Below, one piece after another: positions 18,025-28,463 of a DNA stretch of 64,000 nt. Position numbers and translations under genes: made by a program. Position 1 is the stretch's first letter. Every line of letters begins with the position of its first letter. The stretch is taken from contig JBFFIY010000002.1 in assembly GCA_041556195.1 (NCBI GenBank), forward strand, positions 278 through 64,277. Reading direction: 5' to 3'. Origin of the DNA: Enterobacterales bacterium. GTDB taxonomy: Bacteria > Pseudomonadota > Gammaproteobacteria > Enterobacterales > GCA-002770795. The notes under the pieces were generated by a model. It was not told the DNA's origin, ran no database searches, and worked only from the letters and a program-made list of their open reading frames with translations.

Positions 18025-18237
18025 ATGATTATTAAAACTCTAATTTTTATCACTCTTGCGGTAATGCTAGTCAGTCTATTTAGAGGATTATTTTTTCTAT
18101 CAAAAAAGGAGCCAGACAATAAAAAGAGTCTGGTTAATTCCCTGACCGTTCGTGTTGTTTCAGCTGCTGCGCTCGTAGCATTAATAATAATAGGAATTAA
18201 AACCGGCGACTTACAACCTCATGGGCTCATCCCGTAA
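18025..18237 (+). CDS. twin-transmembrane small protein (DUF2909-like)
   Basis: 70 aa, two hydrophobic helices. Lies between coxC and SURF1 on the opposite strand, as I recall for DUF2909 genes in other cox clusters. Confidence 0.5.
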   Translation: MIIKTLIFITLAVMLVSLFRGLFFLSKKEPDNKKSLVNSLTVRVVSAAALVALIIIGIKTGDLQPHGLIP

Positions 18238-18274
18238 CTGCAAATTCAAAAATACAACTCACCCTAAAACAAAC

Positions 18275-18296
18275 AAACCGAGGATATCCTCGGTTT
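18275..18296. terminator. bidirectional terminator-like perfect palindrome
   Basis: AAACCGAGGATATCCTCGGTTT (16-bp perfect palindrome flanked by A and T runs), between the convergent 18025..18237 and coxC genes. Confidence 0.6.
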
Positions 18297-18323
18297 GAAA
18301 GTGTTTATTTTATTTGTGGAAAA

Positions 18324-19211
18324 TTAGAGAATATATACAAATATAAACAATCCTAACCAGACCACATCAACAAAATGCCAATACCAGGCTGCAGCTTCAA
18401 AGGCAAAATGATTTTCATTGGTAAAATGGCTTTTAGCGCAGCGGATCAACATAACAATCAACATGATTGTACCTAGTGTTACGTGCATACCATGAAAGCC
18501 GGTTAGCAGAAAGAACGTTGAACCATAAATACCTGAATCAAGTGTTAATCCCATTTCTGTATAAGCTTCTACATATTCTTCTACCTGGAAAAATAAGAAC
18601 GCTACACCTAAAAGTACCGTCAGGATCATGCCCCAAATTAATTTTTTTTGCTCACCCGCTTTCAGTGCATGATGTGCCCAGGTAAGAGTGAAGCTACTGG
18701 TTACCAATAAAATAGTGTTAATCAGAGGTAATCCCCAAGGGCTCATGGCTTCAGTTGTACCGCCACCTGGTGTCATGATCATTGGCCAGTTAGGAATGAA
18801 ATCAGGCCAAAGATGCAAATGTGTCATAGCGTTATTGCCCGCTCCGCCCAACCAGGGCATAACAATGGCTCTGGCATAATATAAAGCACCAAAGAATCCA
18901 GCAAAAAACATCACTTCTGAACCAATAAACCACATCATACCCTGACGATAAGACATACCCAACTGCTTACTAAACAGTCCACTCATTGACTCATTGATCT
19001 GATCTCTGAACCAGCCCCATACAAAGTAAATAACAATAGCCAAGCCAGAAAAAAGGATCCATTTTCCATAACCCGGTTCACCCGATCTTAAATCTCCCAT
19101 TAGCGTACCGGCACCAAATGCTATCAGGAATAAAGCAATTGAACCTACTATAGGCCAATGACTCTGTGCAGGAACATAGTAACTTTCGTATTTATTTTCA
19201 TTATCTGTCAT
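18324..19211 (-). CDS. coxC: cytochrome c oxidase subunit III
   Basis: 295 aa, 7 TM. Blocks GFHGMHVTLGT and WYWHFVDVVWL. Confidence 0.93.
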   Translation of the reverse strand: MTDNENKYESYYVPAQSHWPIVGSIALFLIAFGAGTLMGDLRSGEPGYGKWILFSGLAIVIYFVWGWFRDQINESMSGLFSKQLGMSYRQGMMWFIGSEVMFFAGFFGALYYARAIVMPWLGGAGNNAMTHLHLWPDFIPNWPMIMTPGGGTTEAMSPWGLPLINTILLVTSSFTLTWAHHALKAGEQKKLIWGMILTVLLGVAFLFFQVEEYVEAYTEMGLTLDSGIYGSTFFLLTGFHGMHVTLGTIMLIVMLIRCAKSHFTNENHFAFEAAAWYWHFVDVVWLGLFIFVYIL

Positions 19212-19272
19212 TTTTTATTCTCCTAAGAGGCTCCAAACATTCAGGTTTATTCTGTTTACCGGATTATTCTAT

Positions 19273-19839
19273 TTAATTAGCGGCAACAGCTCCTGTTTCC
19301 CCTTTACCTGTAATATCGTACAGGGTGTATTGCAAGGTCAAATTATGAATATCTTCTGGAAACTCAGTATCCAGAAAAAAGCGTAATGTCATCCATTTTT
19401 CTTCACCAGCAGCCAAGGGCTGCTGGTTAAAACAAAAGCATTCTGTTTTATGTAACATTAAGGCCGCTAATCCAGGTGATACACTGGGAACAGCCTGTAG
19501 AATAACGGGGTTATCTGTATCATTTTTAACAAAAAAATCGGTTAAATATACTTTGCCGGGATGAACTACCATCTTGGACTGACGCGGATGAAAACTTGCT
19601 TTAATATCACTTGATTTCATCGCAATAAAATCTAAAGAAATCTCTCTGGATCCGTCAATTTGCATGTCCGTAGCAGCCTCTTCCTGGCCACCTGTTTTGC
19701 CATTAATCCCGGTATAATCACAAAAAACATCATAGATAGGCACTAATGCAAAAGCGAAAAGCGTCATGCCCGCTACTACGCTAAGTAAGCGTAGTAGTAG
19801 TTTTCGATTTTTAGCCTTTAGCTCTGTTCTATCATTCAT
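19273..19839 (-). CDS. ctaG: cytochrome c oxidase assembly protein CtaG/Cox11
   Basis: 188 aa, N-terminal TM, copper-binding CFCF motif (TECFCFNQQ). Confidence 0.9.
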   Translation of the reverse strand: MNDRTELKAKNRKLLLRLLSVVAGMTLFAFALVPIYDVFCDYTGINGKTGGQEEAATDMQIDGSREISLDFIAMKSSDIKASFHPRQSKMVVHPGKVYLTDFFVKNDTDNPVILQAVPSVSPGLAALMLHKTECFCFNQQPLAAGEEKWMTLRFFLDTEFPEDIHNLTLQYTLYDITGKGETGAVAAN

Positions 19840-19869
19840 GTGAATAATTCACTATTAACTCAAAATATC

Positions 19870-21459
19870 TCAATCAATTTTTGGTGGTGTAGAGAATGAA
19901 TGATAGGGTGCTGGTGAAGGCAATGTCCATTCCAAACCTTCGGCACCATCCCAAGGTTTTGCCGGGGCTTTTTCTCCACCTCTGGCAGTCTTAATCAGCA
20001 TCCAGACAAATATTAACTGGCTTAGACCTAAGCCAAATGCACCAATGCTTGACCACATATTAAAGTCAGCAAATTGCTGAGAGTAATCAGGAATACGACG
20101 AGGCATCCCCGCTAATCCAGAAAAATGCATAGGGAAAAAGGTCATATTAACAAAAATCATTGATGTCCAGAAATGCGCTTTACCCAGTCCTTCTGAATAC
20201 ATATGTCCAGTCCACTTAGGTAACCAATAATAGGCACCTGCGAATCCGCCAAAGATGGCTCCAGGGAATAGTACATAGTGAAAATGCGCCACAATAAAGT
20301 AAGTATCGTGGTATTGAGTATCAAGAGGTGCTATGGCCATCATCACGCCAGACAAACCACCTATGGTAAACAAAATCACAAATGCAATAGCAAATAACAT
20401 AGGCGTTTCAAAAGTCATTGATCCCTGCCACATGGTAGCAACCCAGTTAAATACCTTTACACCCGTTGGCACAGCAATAAGCATAGTGGCATACATAAAG
20501 AAAAGTTCTGCAGCAAGGGGCATTCCGGTTGTGAACATGTGATGCGCCCAAACGATAAAAGACAAACCTGCGATTGAACCTGTTGCATAAACCATTGAAG
20601 AATAACCAAACAGTTTTTTACGAGCAAAGGTCGGAATAATGGCTGAAGCTAATCCAAAAGAAGGCAAGATCATAATATACACTTCAGGATGACCAAAGAA
20701 CCAGAAAATATGCTGGAACATCACCGGATCACCACCACCAGCAGCATCAAAAAAGCTGGTTCCAAAGTTTCTATCGGTTAACATCATGGTTACTACCGAA
20801 GCCAAAACAGGCATAACAGCAATCAACAGGAAAGCCGTAATAAACCATGTCCATACAAACAAAGGCATTTTCATGTATGTCATGCCAGGGGCACGCATGT
20901 TCATGATGGTAACAATGACATTGATGGCTCCCATAATGGAAGACATTCCCATAATATGTACCGCAAAGATAAAAAAGTCAGTACTGGGCGGAGCATAAGT
21001 TGTGGATAATGGAGCATAGAAGGTCCAACCAAAAGCTGGGCCACCACCATCCATAAAGGGTGTCAGGATCATGATGGTAAATGCTGCGGGCAATAGCCAG
21101 AATGACCAGTTGTTCATTCTGGGTAGAGCCATATCAGGTGCACCAATCATCATCGGGATCATCCAGTTGGCAAAACCAACCATACCCGGCATAACGGCAC
21201 CAAATACCATAATCAAACCATGCATTGTGGTCATTTGATTGAAAAAGGCCGGATCTACAATTTGTAGGCCTGGCTGAAAAAGCTCCATACGAATAACCAT
21301 GGCCATGCCACCACCGACAAAAAACATCAGTAATGAAAAAATCAGATACATGGTGCCAATATCTTTGTGATTGGTAGTAAATAACCAACGAGTTATACCT
21401 GTCGGTTTGTGATCATGATGATCGTGGTCTGCTGTATGTTCGATTGTACTCATGACCAT
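19870..21459 (-). CDS. coxA: cytochrome c oxidase subunit I
   Basis: 529 aa, 12 TM. Blocks FFGHPEVYIMILP, WAHHMFTTG, HFHYVL. Confidence 0.97.
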   Translation of the reverse strand: MVMSTIEHTADHDHHDHKPTGITRWLFTTNHKDIGTMYLIFSLLMFFVGGGMAMVIRMELFQPGLQIVDPAFFNQMTTMHGLIMVFGAVMPGMVGFANWMIPMMIGAPDMALPRMNNWSFWLLPAAFTIMILTPFMDGGGPAFGWTFYAPLSTTYAPPSTDFFIFAVHIMGMSSIMGAINVIVTIMNMRAPGMTYMKMPLFVWTWFITAFLLIAVMPVLASVVTMMLTDRNFGTSFFDAAGGGDPVMFQHIFWFFGHPEVYIMILPSFGLASAIIPTFARKKLFGYSSMVYATGSIAGLSFIVWAHHMFTTGMPLAAELFFMYATMLIAVPTGVKVFNWVATMWQGSMTFETPMLFAIAFVILFTIGGLSGVMMAIAPLDTQYHDTYFIVAHFHYVLFPGAIFGGFAGAYYWLPKWTGHMYSEGLGKAHFWTSMIFVNMTFFPMHFSGLAGMPRRIPDYSQQFADFNMWSSIGAFGLGLSQLIFVWMLIKTARGGEKAPAKPWDGAEGLEWTLPSPAPYHSFSTPPKID

Positions 21460-21463
21460 CCTC

Positions 21464-22651
21464 CTATTGTTTAGCCGTAGAAGCCACTTGGGCAGGTTGA
21501 ACTAAATCGCCAGCCTTATTAGACCAGGCATTACGTTCGAATGTGATAACTGCTGCGATTTCAGCATCGGTTAACTGGCCTTTCCAGGCTGGCATCATAT
21601 TGTTACTGCTACCATTAACAACAACATTGATATGAGGATCTGCAGGACCATTTGCTATTTTACTGCCATCAAGCGCAGGGAAAGGACCAGCACCTTTACC
21701 ATCCACACCATGACAAGCGGCACACTTAGCATTATAAATTTCTTCACCTTTAGCCATGAGGTCTTCTCTTGACCAGCTTGTGGCTGAGGCGGCAGCGGCA
21801 GCAATTTTAGCCTGCTCCTGTAAAACTTTTTGCTCTGCAATCCAACTGGCATAGTCTTCAGCGGACTTAACTTCAACCACTACTGGCATGAAACCATGAT
21901 CTTTACCGCAAAGCTCTGTACATTGACCACGGTAAATACCCGGTTTATCCACCCGCGTCCAGGCTTCATTGATAAAACCGGGAACTCCATCTTGTTTAAC
22001 GGAAAATGCTGGAACAAACCAGGAATGGATAACATCTTTAGAGGTTACTAAAAAGCGGATTTTCTTACCTACAGGGATAACTAATGGTTTATCTACTTCT
22101 AACAGATAATGCTCACCTTTTGGAGCTTCACCATTAATCTGTTCAGAAGGAGTAGACAGATTACTGAAAAATGAAATGTCTTCTTCTAGATATTTGTATT
22201 CCCATTTCCACTGATAACCAGTAATTAATATATCAATATCTGACTTGCTATTATCTTCGATACTAATGAGTGTTTTGGTTGCAGGGACCGCCAATGAAAT
22301 TAGAATCACGAAAGGGATCGTGGTCCAGATAATTTCCATCAGCGTAGAGTGAGAAAACTTCGCCGGAACAGGATTTCTTGATTTACTATGTAAAAACATA
22401 GAAAGAAACATTATTCCAAACACCACCACCCCAATAACCACACAGACCCAAGTCACGATCATGTGTAAGTCGTATACCTCTTGGCTGGTTTCAGTTACCC
22501 CCTTTGTCAGGTTGTACTGAATATCCGCCAAGGCAGCTTGACTCATTAATGACGCCAAAAGCGTCACTAACGTCAATTTTATTTTTTTGCCTATAGCCAT
22601 CCCCATAAGTCCCCAAATTAGAATCATATTGAAAGCGATTTTTATTTTCAT
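21464..22651 (-). CDS. coxB: cytochrome c oxidase subunit II with fused C-terminal cytochrome c domain
   Basis: CuA site CTELCGKDHGFM and C-terminal heme-c motif CAACHG. The true start may be ATG 22600 (MAIGKKIKLTLV.. signal peptide). Confidence 0.93.
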   Translation of the reverse strand: MKIKIAFNMILIWGLMGMAIGKKIKLTLVTLLASLMSQAALADIQYNLTKGVTETSQEVYDLHMIVTWVCVVIGVVVFGIMFLSMFLHSKSRNPVPAKFSHSTLMEIIWTTIPFVILISLAVPATKTLISIEDNSKSDIDILITGYQWKWEYKYLEEDISFFSNLSTPSEQINGEAPKGEHYLLEVDKPLVIPVGKKIRFLVTSKDVIHSWFVPAFSVKQDGVPGFINEAWTRVDKPGIYRGQCTELCGKDHGFMPVVVEVKSAEDYASWIAEQKVLQEQAKIAAAAASATSWSREDLMAKGEEIYNAKCAACHGVDGKGAGPFPALDGSKIANGPADPHINVVVNGSSNNMMPAWKGQLTDAEIAAVITFERNAWSNKAGDLVQPAQVASTAKQ

Positions 22652-22926
22652 AAACCATTTGTATCAGATCTGGGTTTATGAGTTTATTTAGCTGTAATTT
22701 TTCATTCTTAGTGATCAAATTGACATAGATCATATTCAGCGGCCCTTGAAAAAAGGTAATATTTCGCTCAAATGGCGAAAACTGTTCTTTTTTTAGGAAT
22801 ACATCAATAATACGAAACAATTTGTTACAGCGCATTGGGCGAGGATTGTACTTGAGACAATATAAAAACACCAGTGGCTAAAGAGAAAAAACCTCTATTT
22901 TTCATAGGATAAGAAGTAAGTATCTT

Positions 22927-23715
22927 TCAGTTTTTTATAATAAAAGCCTCTGCATCTTTCAAAAATGGCAATTGTTCTCTGGATTGTTTGAGAGTATCTA
23001 AACTGATTGAATAACAGCTAACACCTTGTTTATCCCCAAGATTTATAAGGGTATCGCCTAAAGGATCGAGTAATTGGCTGCTTCCTGCGTAAACTAAATC
23101 TCGAGCATCTGCCCCCACTCGGTTAACGGCAGCAACATAGGCCTGATTTTCGATAGCGCGAGCTGGTAATAATTTATTCCATGCCGAAGCACGAGCATCT
23201 GGCCAGTTGGCAACTAACAGCATCAAATCATAATCATCACCCTGTTGAGCACACCATACTGGAAACCTCAAGTCATAACAGACTTGCAGTAAAATGCGCC
23301 AACCCTTGTACTGCACAACCACACGCTCCGTGCCAGCCCGATACCTTTCATGTTCTCCCGCCATAGCAAAAAGGTGTTTTTTATCATAATACTGATATTT
23401 TGCCGATGGGGGCATCCAGATCATACGATTATAACAATCCCCATCTTCTCTGATGGCCAAACTACCAACAATGACTGTATCCAGCTTTTTAGCCATGGCA
23501 GCCATCCATTGTACGGTTTCATCATGCATGGATTCTGCCACTTGATCCGGTCGCATCGAAAAACCACTATTGAACATTTCAGGTAGCAAAATAATATCTG
23601 AATGTTCAGTTTGGCTAAGCAAACGCTCCTCTAATTGGGAGCAATTAGCCCTGGCATCATGCCAGTATATTTCCATTTGTACTAATTGAATGCTGAGTGC
23701 ATCTTGATTGTGCAT
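22927..23715 (-). CDS. yafV: carbon-nitrogen hydrolase family amidase (YafV-like omega-amidase)
   Basis: 262 aa. Close block-wise resemblance to E. coli YafV from memory (LPEMFNSGF, YDKKHLF, CYDLRFPVW, ANWP, ARAIENQAYVA). Confidence 0.75.
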   Translation of the reverse strand: MHNQDALSIQLVQMEIYWHDARANCSQLEERLLSQTEHSDIILLPEMFNSGFSMRPDQVAESMHDETVQWMAAMAKKLDTVIVGSLAIREDGDCYNRMIWMPPSAKYQYYDKKHLFAMAGEHERYRAGTERVVVQYKGWRILLQVCYDLRFPVWCAQQGDDYDLMLLVANWPDARASAWNKLLPARAIENQAYVAAVNRVGADARDLVYAGSSQLLDPLGDTLINLGDKQGVSCYSISLDTLKQSREQLPFLKDAEAFIIKN

Positions 23716-23759
23716 GTTTCTATTTTCCTTTATCTTGCAATTGATCTGATGGTTCTGCC

Positions 23760-25436
23760 TCAGTCCAAATCTGGACGAGCTCGTTCTATAATTTTGTGGC
23801 AGTCAATTCCTCCTGGAAGCATGCCATAAACCAGACCAGACTGTTTACCTAATCGTGCCTGACAGAATGCATCGGATACTACTGGATCACCGCTCTGAAT
23901 TAAACAGGAAGCCTGTAATGCTAATGCCATTTTTTCAACCAGAGAGCGCGCATTATATTCCAAATCTTTTTTATCAGATAATGCCTTTTTTAATTTAAGC
24001 AGGTAATTATCAAATAACATATTCTGATCTTGAGACGATTCCAGTTCTGCCAGATATGCATCTACCGAGCCCGGTGCTTTATTCATAGCGCGTAACACAT
24101 CCAGACATTGTACATTTCCGCTACCTTCCCAAATGGTGTTAATAGGGGCTTCTCGATATAAACGAGGCATAATACTGTTCTCCATGACCCCGGAACCACC
24201 AATACATTCCATCGCCTCGTAGGCGTGGGCAGGGGAGCGTTTGCAGATCCAGTATTTTCCAATGGCCGTTGCTAAACGAACAAAATGTTGTGCCTGTTCA
24301 TTTGATCCCGCCTCATCAAGTCTTCTGGCAACGCGCATGGACATAGCGACTGAAGCCTCGGCTTCCAGTGTTAGATCTGTTAATACATTTTGCATGAGTG
24401 GTTGTTGATCAAGTTTTTTCCCAAAAGCTGCTCGATAATGGCAATGATGGGTAATTTGACTCACAGCCTGGCGCATCATGCCAGCTGAGGCCACCATACA
24501 ATCGAATCGAGTAAGCGAAACCATTTCCAGAATGTTGGCAACTCCCCGCCCTTCATCTCCGATTAACCAACCATAGGCACCGCGTAATTCAGTTTCACTG
24601 GAGGCATTGGAAACATTGCCCATCTTGTCTTTTAATCGCAAGATCTGGAACGGGTTTTTGCTGCCATCGGGACGCCATCGTGGCACCAGAAAACAAGAGA
24701 TTCCGCCATCAGCTTGAGCTAGCACCAAAAAAGCATCACACATGGGGGCTGAAACAAAATATTTGTGGCCGACTAATTCATAAGCTTTCCCTGATCCTTT
24801 TTTCGAAATGGGAATGGCGCGAGTGCTGTTACTACGAACATCGCTTCCCCCCTGTTTTTCTGTCATAGCCATGCCAATGGTCAGACCGTTTTTTTCATAC
24901 CAGGGAATATTTCCTGGATCATATTGGTCAGATAAAATCTTTGGGAGCCAGTCTTTTGCAATATCAGGTTGTTTCTGTAATGTTGGAAAACTGGCGAAAG
25001 TCATGGTGATAGGGCATCCATGCCCGGCGTCTACCTGTGTTTGTAAATAGCTTGCCGCCGCACGAGCCACATGAGCACCTGGCCTGGGATTTATCCATGG
25101 ACTACCATGTAAACCCTGTTTTACAGAGGATTGCATCAATTTATGATAGGCAGGATGGTACTCAATTTGGTCAATTCGATGACCAAAGCGATCATGTGTG
25201 TGCAAAACAGGCTTATTTTGATTAGCCTGCATCCCCCAAAGTATTCGATCACCAGAACCACAGAGCTGACCAAAATTTTCAAGTTCAGAAACAGCCCACT
25301 CAGCACCTTCTCGGATCACAGCCTCTTTTAAAGCAAGATCTTGAGAAAATAAATTATAATTTTCCAAAGCGTGAGAGGTATTTTCCACAACATGGGTATT
25401 GGCAGAACATGCTTGTGCCTGTGGGTATATATTCAT
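23760..25436 (-). CDS. acyl-CoA dehydrogenase family protein, AidB-like
   Basis: 558 aa. N-terminal extension plus ACAD core (GMAMTEKQGGSDV, IWEGSGNV), an AidB-type architecture. Confidence 0.75.
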   Translation of the reverse strand: MNIYPQAQACSANTHVVENTSHALENYNLFSQDLALKEAVIREGAEWAVSELENFGQLCGSGDRILWGMQANQNKPVLHTHDRFGHRIDQIEYHPAYHKLMQSSVKQGLHGSPWINPRPGAHVARAAASYLQTQVDAGHGCPITMTFASFPTLQKQPDIAKDWLPKILSDQYDPGNIPWYEKNGLTIGMAMTEKQGGSDVRSNSTRAIPISKKGSGKAYELVGHKYFVSAPMCDAFLVLAQADGGISCFLVPRWRPDGSKNPFQILRLKDKMGNVSNASSETELRGAYGWLIGDEGRGVANILEMVSLTRFDCMVASAGMMRQAVSQITHHCHYRAAFGKKLDQQPLMQNVLTDLTLEAEASVAMSMRVARRLDEAGSNEQAQHFVRLATAIGKYWICKRSPAHAYEAMECIGGSGVMENSIMPRLYREAPINTIWEGSGNVQCLDVLRAMNKAPGSVDAYLAELESSQDQNMLFDNYLLKLKKALSDKKDLEYNARSLVEKMALALQASCLIQSGDPVVSDAFCQARLGKQSGLVYGMLPGGIDCHKIIERARPDLD

Positions 25437-25680
25437 ATTTGGACCCTCTCTTCATTATTCTATACTTTGTGTTAACTCAGTTTAGCCTAAAAACCAATCA
25501 TTAATTGCTTTATACTTTACCCGTATTTTATTATTGAATTTAGAAATACTGAATGAATTGAGTTATACCCGTGATATTTTTGCGAGTTTACTCACAGCAT
25601 CCATGTTGTTCGCTCTTCGAGCCAGCTAAAGCTGTTCAAAAATTGGTCCTGGCATTTTTGTCAAGGATTAGGTCAAAATT

Positions 25681-26586
25681 ATGGCAAGAAAACTACCTCC
25701 CTTACATTTACTACACTTATTTGAAGTCGCCGGTAGGCATTCCAGCTTTAAAAAGGCAGGAGAAGAGTTACATTTAACCCCTTCGGCCATTAGTCATCAG
25801 ATCAAAGCTTTAGAAGAAAACCTGGGTATTTCTTTATTTAACCGGTTAACTCGAGGTGTAGGGCTTACATCGGCGGGACAACATTATCTTCTGGTAGTAC
25901 AGGATGTGTTTCAAAGACTCGATCATGGCACAGCCTCTTTAAAACAAAAGTTCTCATCCCCCGCATTAAGAATTTCAACCTTTCCCAGCATTTCCAGCAA
26001 TATGATTATCCCAAGATTGAGTTTATTTCAGGCTGAGTTTCCTGAAATCGAACTAAGACTTGAAACTGGCTTGAATCTGGTCGATCTGCGTTATGATGAA
26101 ATTGACCTGGCCATCCGATTAGGAGATGGGAACTGGGAAGGTGTGATCTCTGAAAAATTATTTGATATTGAAGTTACGCCTGTCTGTTCACCGGAGTTTG
26201 CAGAAAAACACCAACTGCACAACATCAGGCAAATCCTTGAAGTTCCTCTATTACACCTGTCCACTATGGGAGATAGCTGGTCAAAATTTGCCATGGCATT
26301 TGGAATGAATGGTGTTGAGTCAAATACACATCTAAGCCTGAGTAGTTATGATGGAGTTATTCAGGCCGCACATCAGGGTTTAGGACTCGCTCTTGGAGCT
26401 TTACCCATTGAATCTCCAGCCATAAATCAGGGGCAATTAATTAGACCATTTGACGAGAAAGTGTTTTTCCCTCATGCTTGTTATGCGGTTTATCGACCTC
26501 ATGATAAACAAAGGCAGGATATTTGCGACTTTCTCAATTGGTTCAAAAAATTGAATGGATTCAGTTTCCCTGACATTCGCTCATAG
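25681..26586 (+). CDS. LysR family transcriptional regulator (GcvA-like)
   Basis: 301 aa. N-terminal HTH (FEVAGRHSSFKKAGEELHLTPSAISHQIKALE). Divergent from the aidB-like gene. Confidence 0.88.
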   Translation: MARKLPPLHLLHLFEVAGRHSSFKKAGEELHLTPSAISHQIKALEENLGISLFNRLTRGVGLTSAGQHYLLVVQDVFQRLDHGTASLKQKFSSPALRISTFPSISSNMIIPRLSLFQAEFPEIELRLETGLNLVDLRYDEIDLAIRLGDGNWEGVISEKLFDIEVTPVCSPEFAEKHQLHNIRQILEVPLLHLSTMGDSWSKFAMAFGMNGVESNTHLSLSSYDGVIQAAHQGLGLALGALPIESPAINQGQLIRPFDEKVFFPHACYAVYRPHDKQRQDICDFLNWFKKLNGFSFPDIRS

Positions 26587-26698
26587 GTCAGAATAACAGG
26601 TGAATCAAATTCACCCATAGAGCTAAGTATTTTCCGTTTGTTAAACCTCGATTCCAGGCATATAGTAATAACATCAGCTTAACTAAAGAGTTACTATC

Positions 26699-26956
26699 AT
26701 GACCATAAACGCTACGACTTTAAAAATTTTTCGCAACTTAGGTTTCGTAACTATGGCTATCATCGTTATTGCAGGATTCATATTACCTGTAACCATAGTT
26801 AACGCCCTAATCATCAGCCCAAGTGCTTTATTGCTACTTATGGGTATAAATGCCTATATCAATAAAAAACTGGAAACTAATACTGTATCAGCAGAGATCC
26901 ATATGTTTCCTCATTGCTCAAATCATCATAACCATACGGGAGAAAAAGCTGCTTAA
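26699..26956 (+). CDS. small hypothetical membrane protein
   Basis: 85 aa, two hydrophobic segments, His-rich tail. No family recognised. Confidence 0.35.
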   Translation: MTINATTLKIFRNLGFVTMAIIVIAGFILPVTIVNALIISPSALLLLMGINAYINKKLETNTVSAEIHMFPHCSNHHNHTGEKAA

Positions 26957-27143
26957 GCATCTGGTTTTATCATTAAATAATACGGCATACATCCATATTT
27001 GCATTATTTAATTAGGCTCGTGTATAATTGATCGAAATCAAAGCTTCTCTTTACATGCTTTGAGATAACGATCTGTTATATCGCGAGCGATACGATCCAC
27101 TGGATCTTCACTCCTCGCATATCTAAGTTTTAAGAGAGCTTTT

Positions 27144-28352
27144 GTGATGAGTACCTACAATCATATCGAAACAAACAGCATCCATGCAGGAAAGCTCAAA
27201 GATGAGCAGTTCGGCGCATTAAGTACCCCTATTTATCAAACCTCCACTTATTTATTTGATGATGTCGCTCAAGGTGCAGCCCGGTTTATGGGTGAAGAGC
27301 CTGGATTTATTTACGGAAGATTGGGAAATCCCACTGTTCGAGAGCTTGAACGTCGTATGGCAGTACTTGAATCAACCGAAGATGCTGCAGCCTTTGGTTC
27401 AGGCATGGGAGCTATTTCCGCTACTTTACTGGCTAATGTTAAAGCAGGAGATCATTTAATCGCCTCTTCAGCCCTATATGGTTGTACCTTTTCTCTACTG
27501 AACCATCAATTTCCACAATTTGGGATTGAAGTCAGTTTTGTTGATATGACTAACGAACTGGAAATACGGGGTGCCATAAAAAGTAACACCAAAGTCATCT
27601 ATCTTGAAACACCTGTCAATCCTAATCTAGTCGTCATTGATTTGGAAAAAGTAGCTTCTATCGCCAAAAAACACCAGCTTATTAGCATTGTTGACAATAC
27701 TTTTTTATCTCCAGTTCTACAAAATCCTGCTAAATTTGGCATTGATCTCATCATTCATAGTGCCACTAAATACCTCAATGGTCATGGAGATGTTATAGCC
27801 GGTGTCACTTGTGGCAGTTTTGAACAGATCGAAAATATCAAACTCACAACACTTAAAGACATGGGTGCAGTATTAAGCCCAAATGATGCATGGCTTATTA
27901 TTCGTGGCCTTAAAACACTCATAGTAAGAGTCGAACGTCATTGCTCAAATGCTCAAATTGTGGCAGAGTTTCTTGAATCTCATCCAAGAGTGAAAGCAGT
28001 GAACTATCCCGGGCTAAGCTCTCACCCGGGACATAAACTTCTAAAAAAACAAATGAAAGCCGCCGGAGGTGTACTTGCTTTCGAAATAGAAGGTTCTTTT
28101 GATGATGCCGTCTGTTTTATGAACAACTTAAGCATGTGTGGTATTGCAGTGAGTCTGGGTGATGCTGAAACTTTGATACAACACCCGGCCTCAATGACCC
28201 ATTCACCCTATGAAGCAGATGAAAGAAAAGCTGCCGGGATCAGCGATAGTCTGATCCGTTTATCAGTAGGGCTTGAACATGTGGACGATATCATTGCCGA
28301 TCTTTCACAAGCACTTGTGCTGATGGACAACAGGCTTTCTCAGGCAGTTTAA
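27144..28352 (+). CDS. PLP-dependent Cys/Met-metabolism enzyme, methionine gamma-lyase-like
   Basis: 402 aa. PLP-lysine block SATKYLNGHGDV and C-terminal IRLSVGLE. GTG 27144 or ATG 27147 as start. Confidence 0.8.
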   Translation: MMSTYNHIETNSIHAGKLKDEQFGALSTPIYQTSTYLFDDVAQGAARFMGEEPGFIYGRLGNPTVRELERRMAVLESTEDAAAFGSGMGAISATLLANVKAGDHLIASSALYGCTFSLLNHQFPQFGIEVSFVDMTNELEIRGAIKSNTKVIYLETPVNPNLVVIDLEKVASIAKKHQLISIVDNTFLSPVLQNPAKFGIDLIIHSATKYLNGHGDVIAGVTCGSFEQIENIKLTTLKDMGAVLSPNDAWLIIRGLKTLIVRVERHCSNAQIVAEFLESHPRVKAVNYPGLSSHPGHKLLKKQMKAAGGVLAFEIEGSFDDAVCFMNNLSMCGIAVSLGDAETLIQHPASMTHSPYEADERKAAGISDSLIRLSVGLEHVDDIIADLSQALVLMDNRLSQAV

Positions 28353-28378
28353 ATCTGATCTCGGGATAATATAATAGT
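28345..28378 (+). repeat. copy of the dispersed repeat family (CAGTTTAAATCTGATCTCGGGATAATATAATAGT)
   Basis: Aligns with 49802-49836 with small indels. Overlaps the stop codon of the gamma-lyase gene. Confidence 0.55.
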
Positions 28379-28405
28379 GCTTATTCTCTCTCAATAACTA
28401 GCCAT

Positions 28406-28458
28406 AGCACTCAATTAGTCTATATTTGTATTATTAGAGTTAAAATTAATTGAGTGCT
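28406..28458 (+). promoter_or_regulatory. 12-bp perfect inverted repeat (AGCACTCAATTA / TAATTGAGTGCT), 29-nt loop, ending 5 nt before ATG 28464
   Basis: Read directly. The position suggests a 5'-UTR hairpin or an operator for ORF 28464..28775. Confidence 0.4.
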
Positions 28459-28463
28459 TCTTC

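Noticed and set aside
22491-22871. 126-aa minus-strand ORF upstream of and overlapping coxB
   Set aside because: It overlaps the coxB N-terminus in another frame and has an Asn/Lys/Phe-rich low-complexity composition typical of AT-rich non-coding DNA.
26957-27143. SAM or other riboswitch in the leader of the methionine gamma-lyase-like gene
   Set aside because: I could not recognise any conserved riboswitch core (for example SAM-I/II helices) by eye. It would need an Rfam scan.
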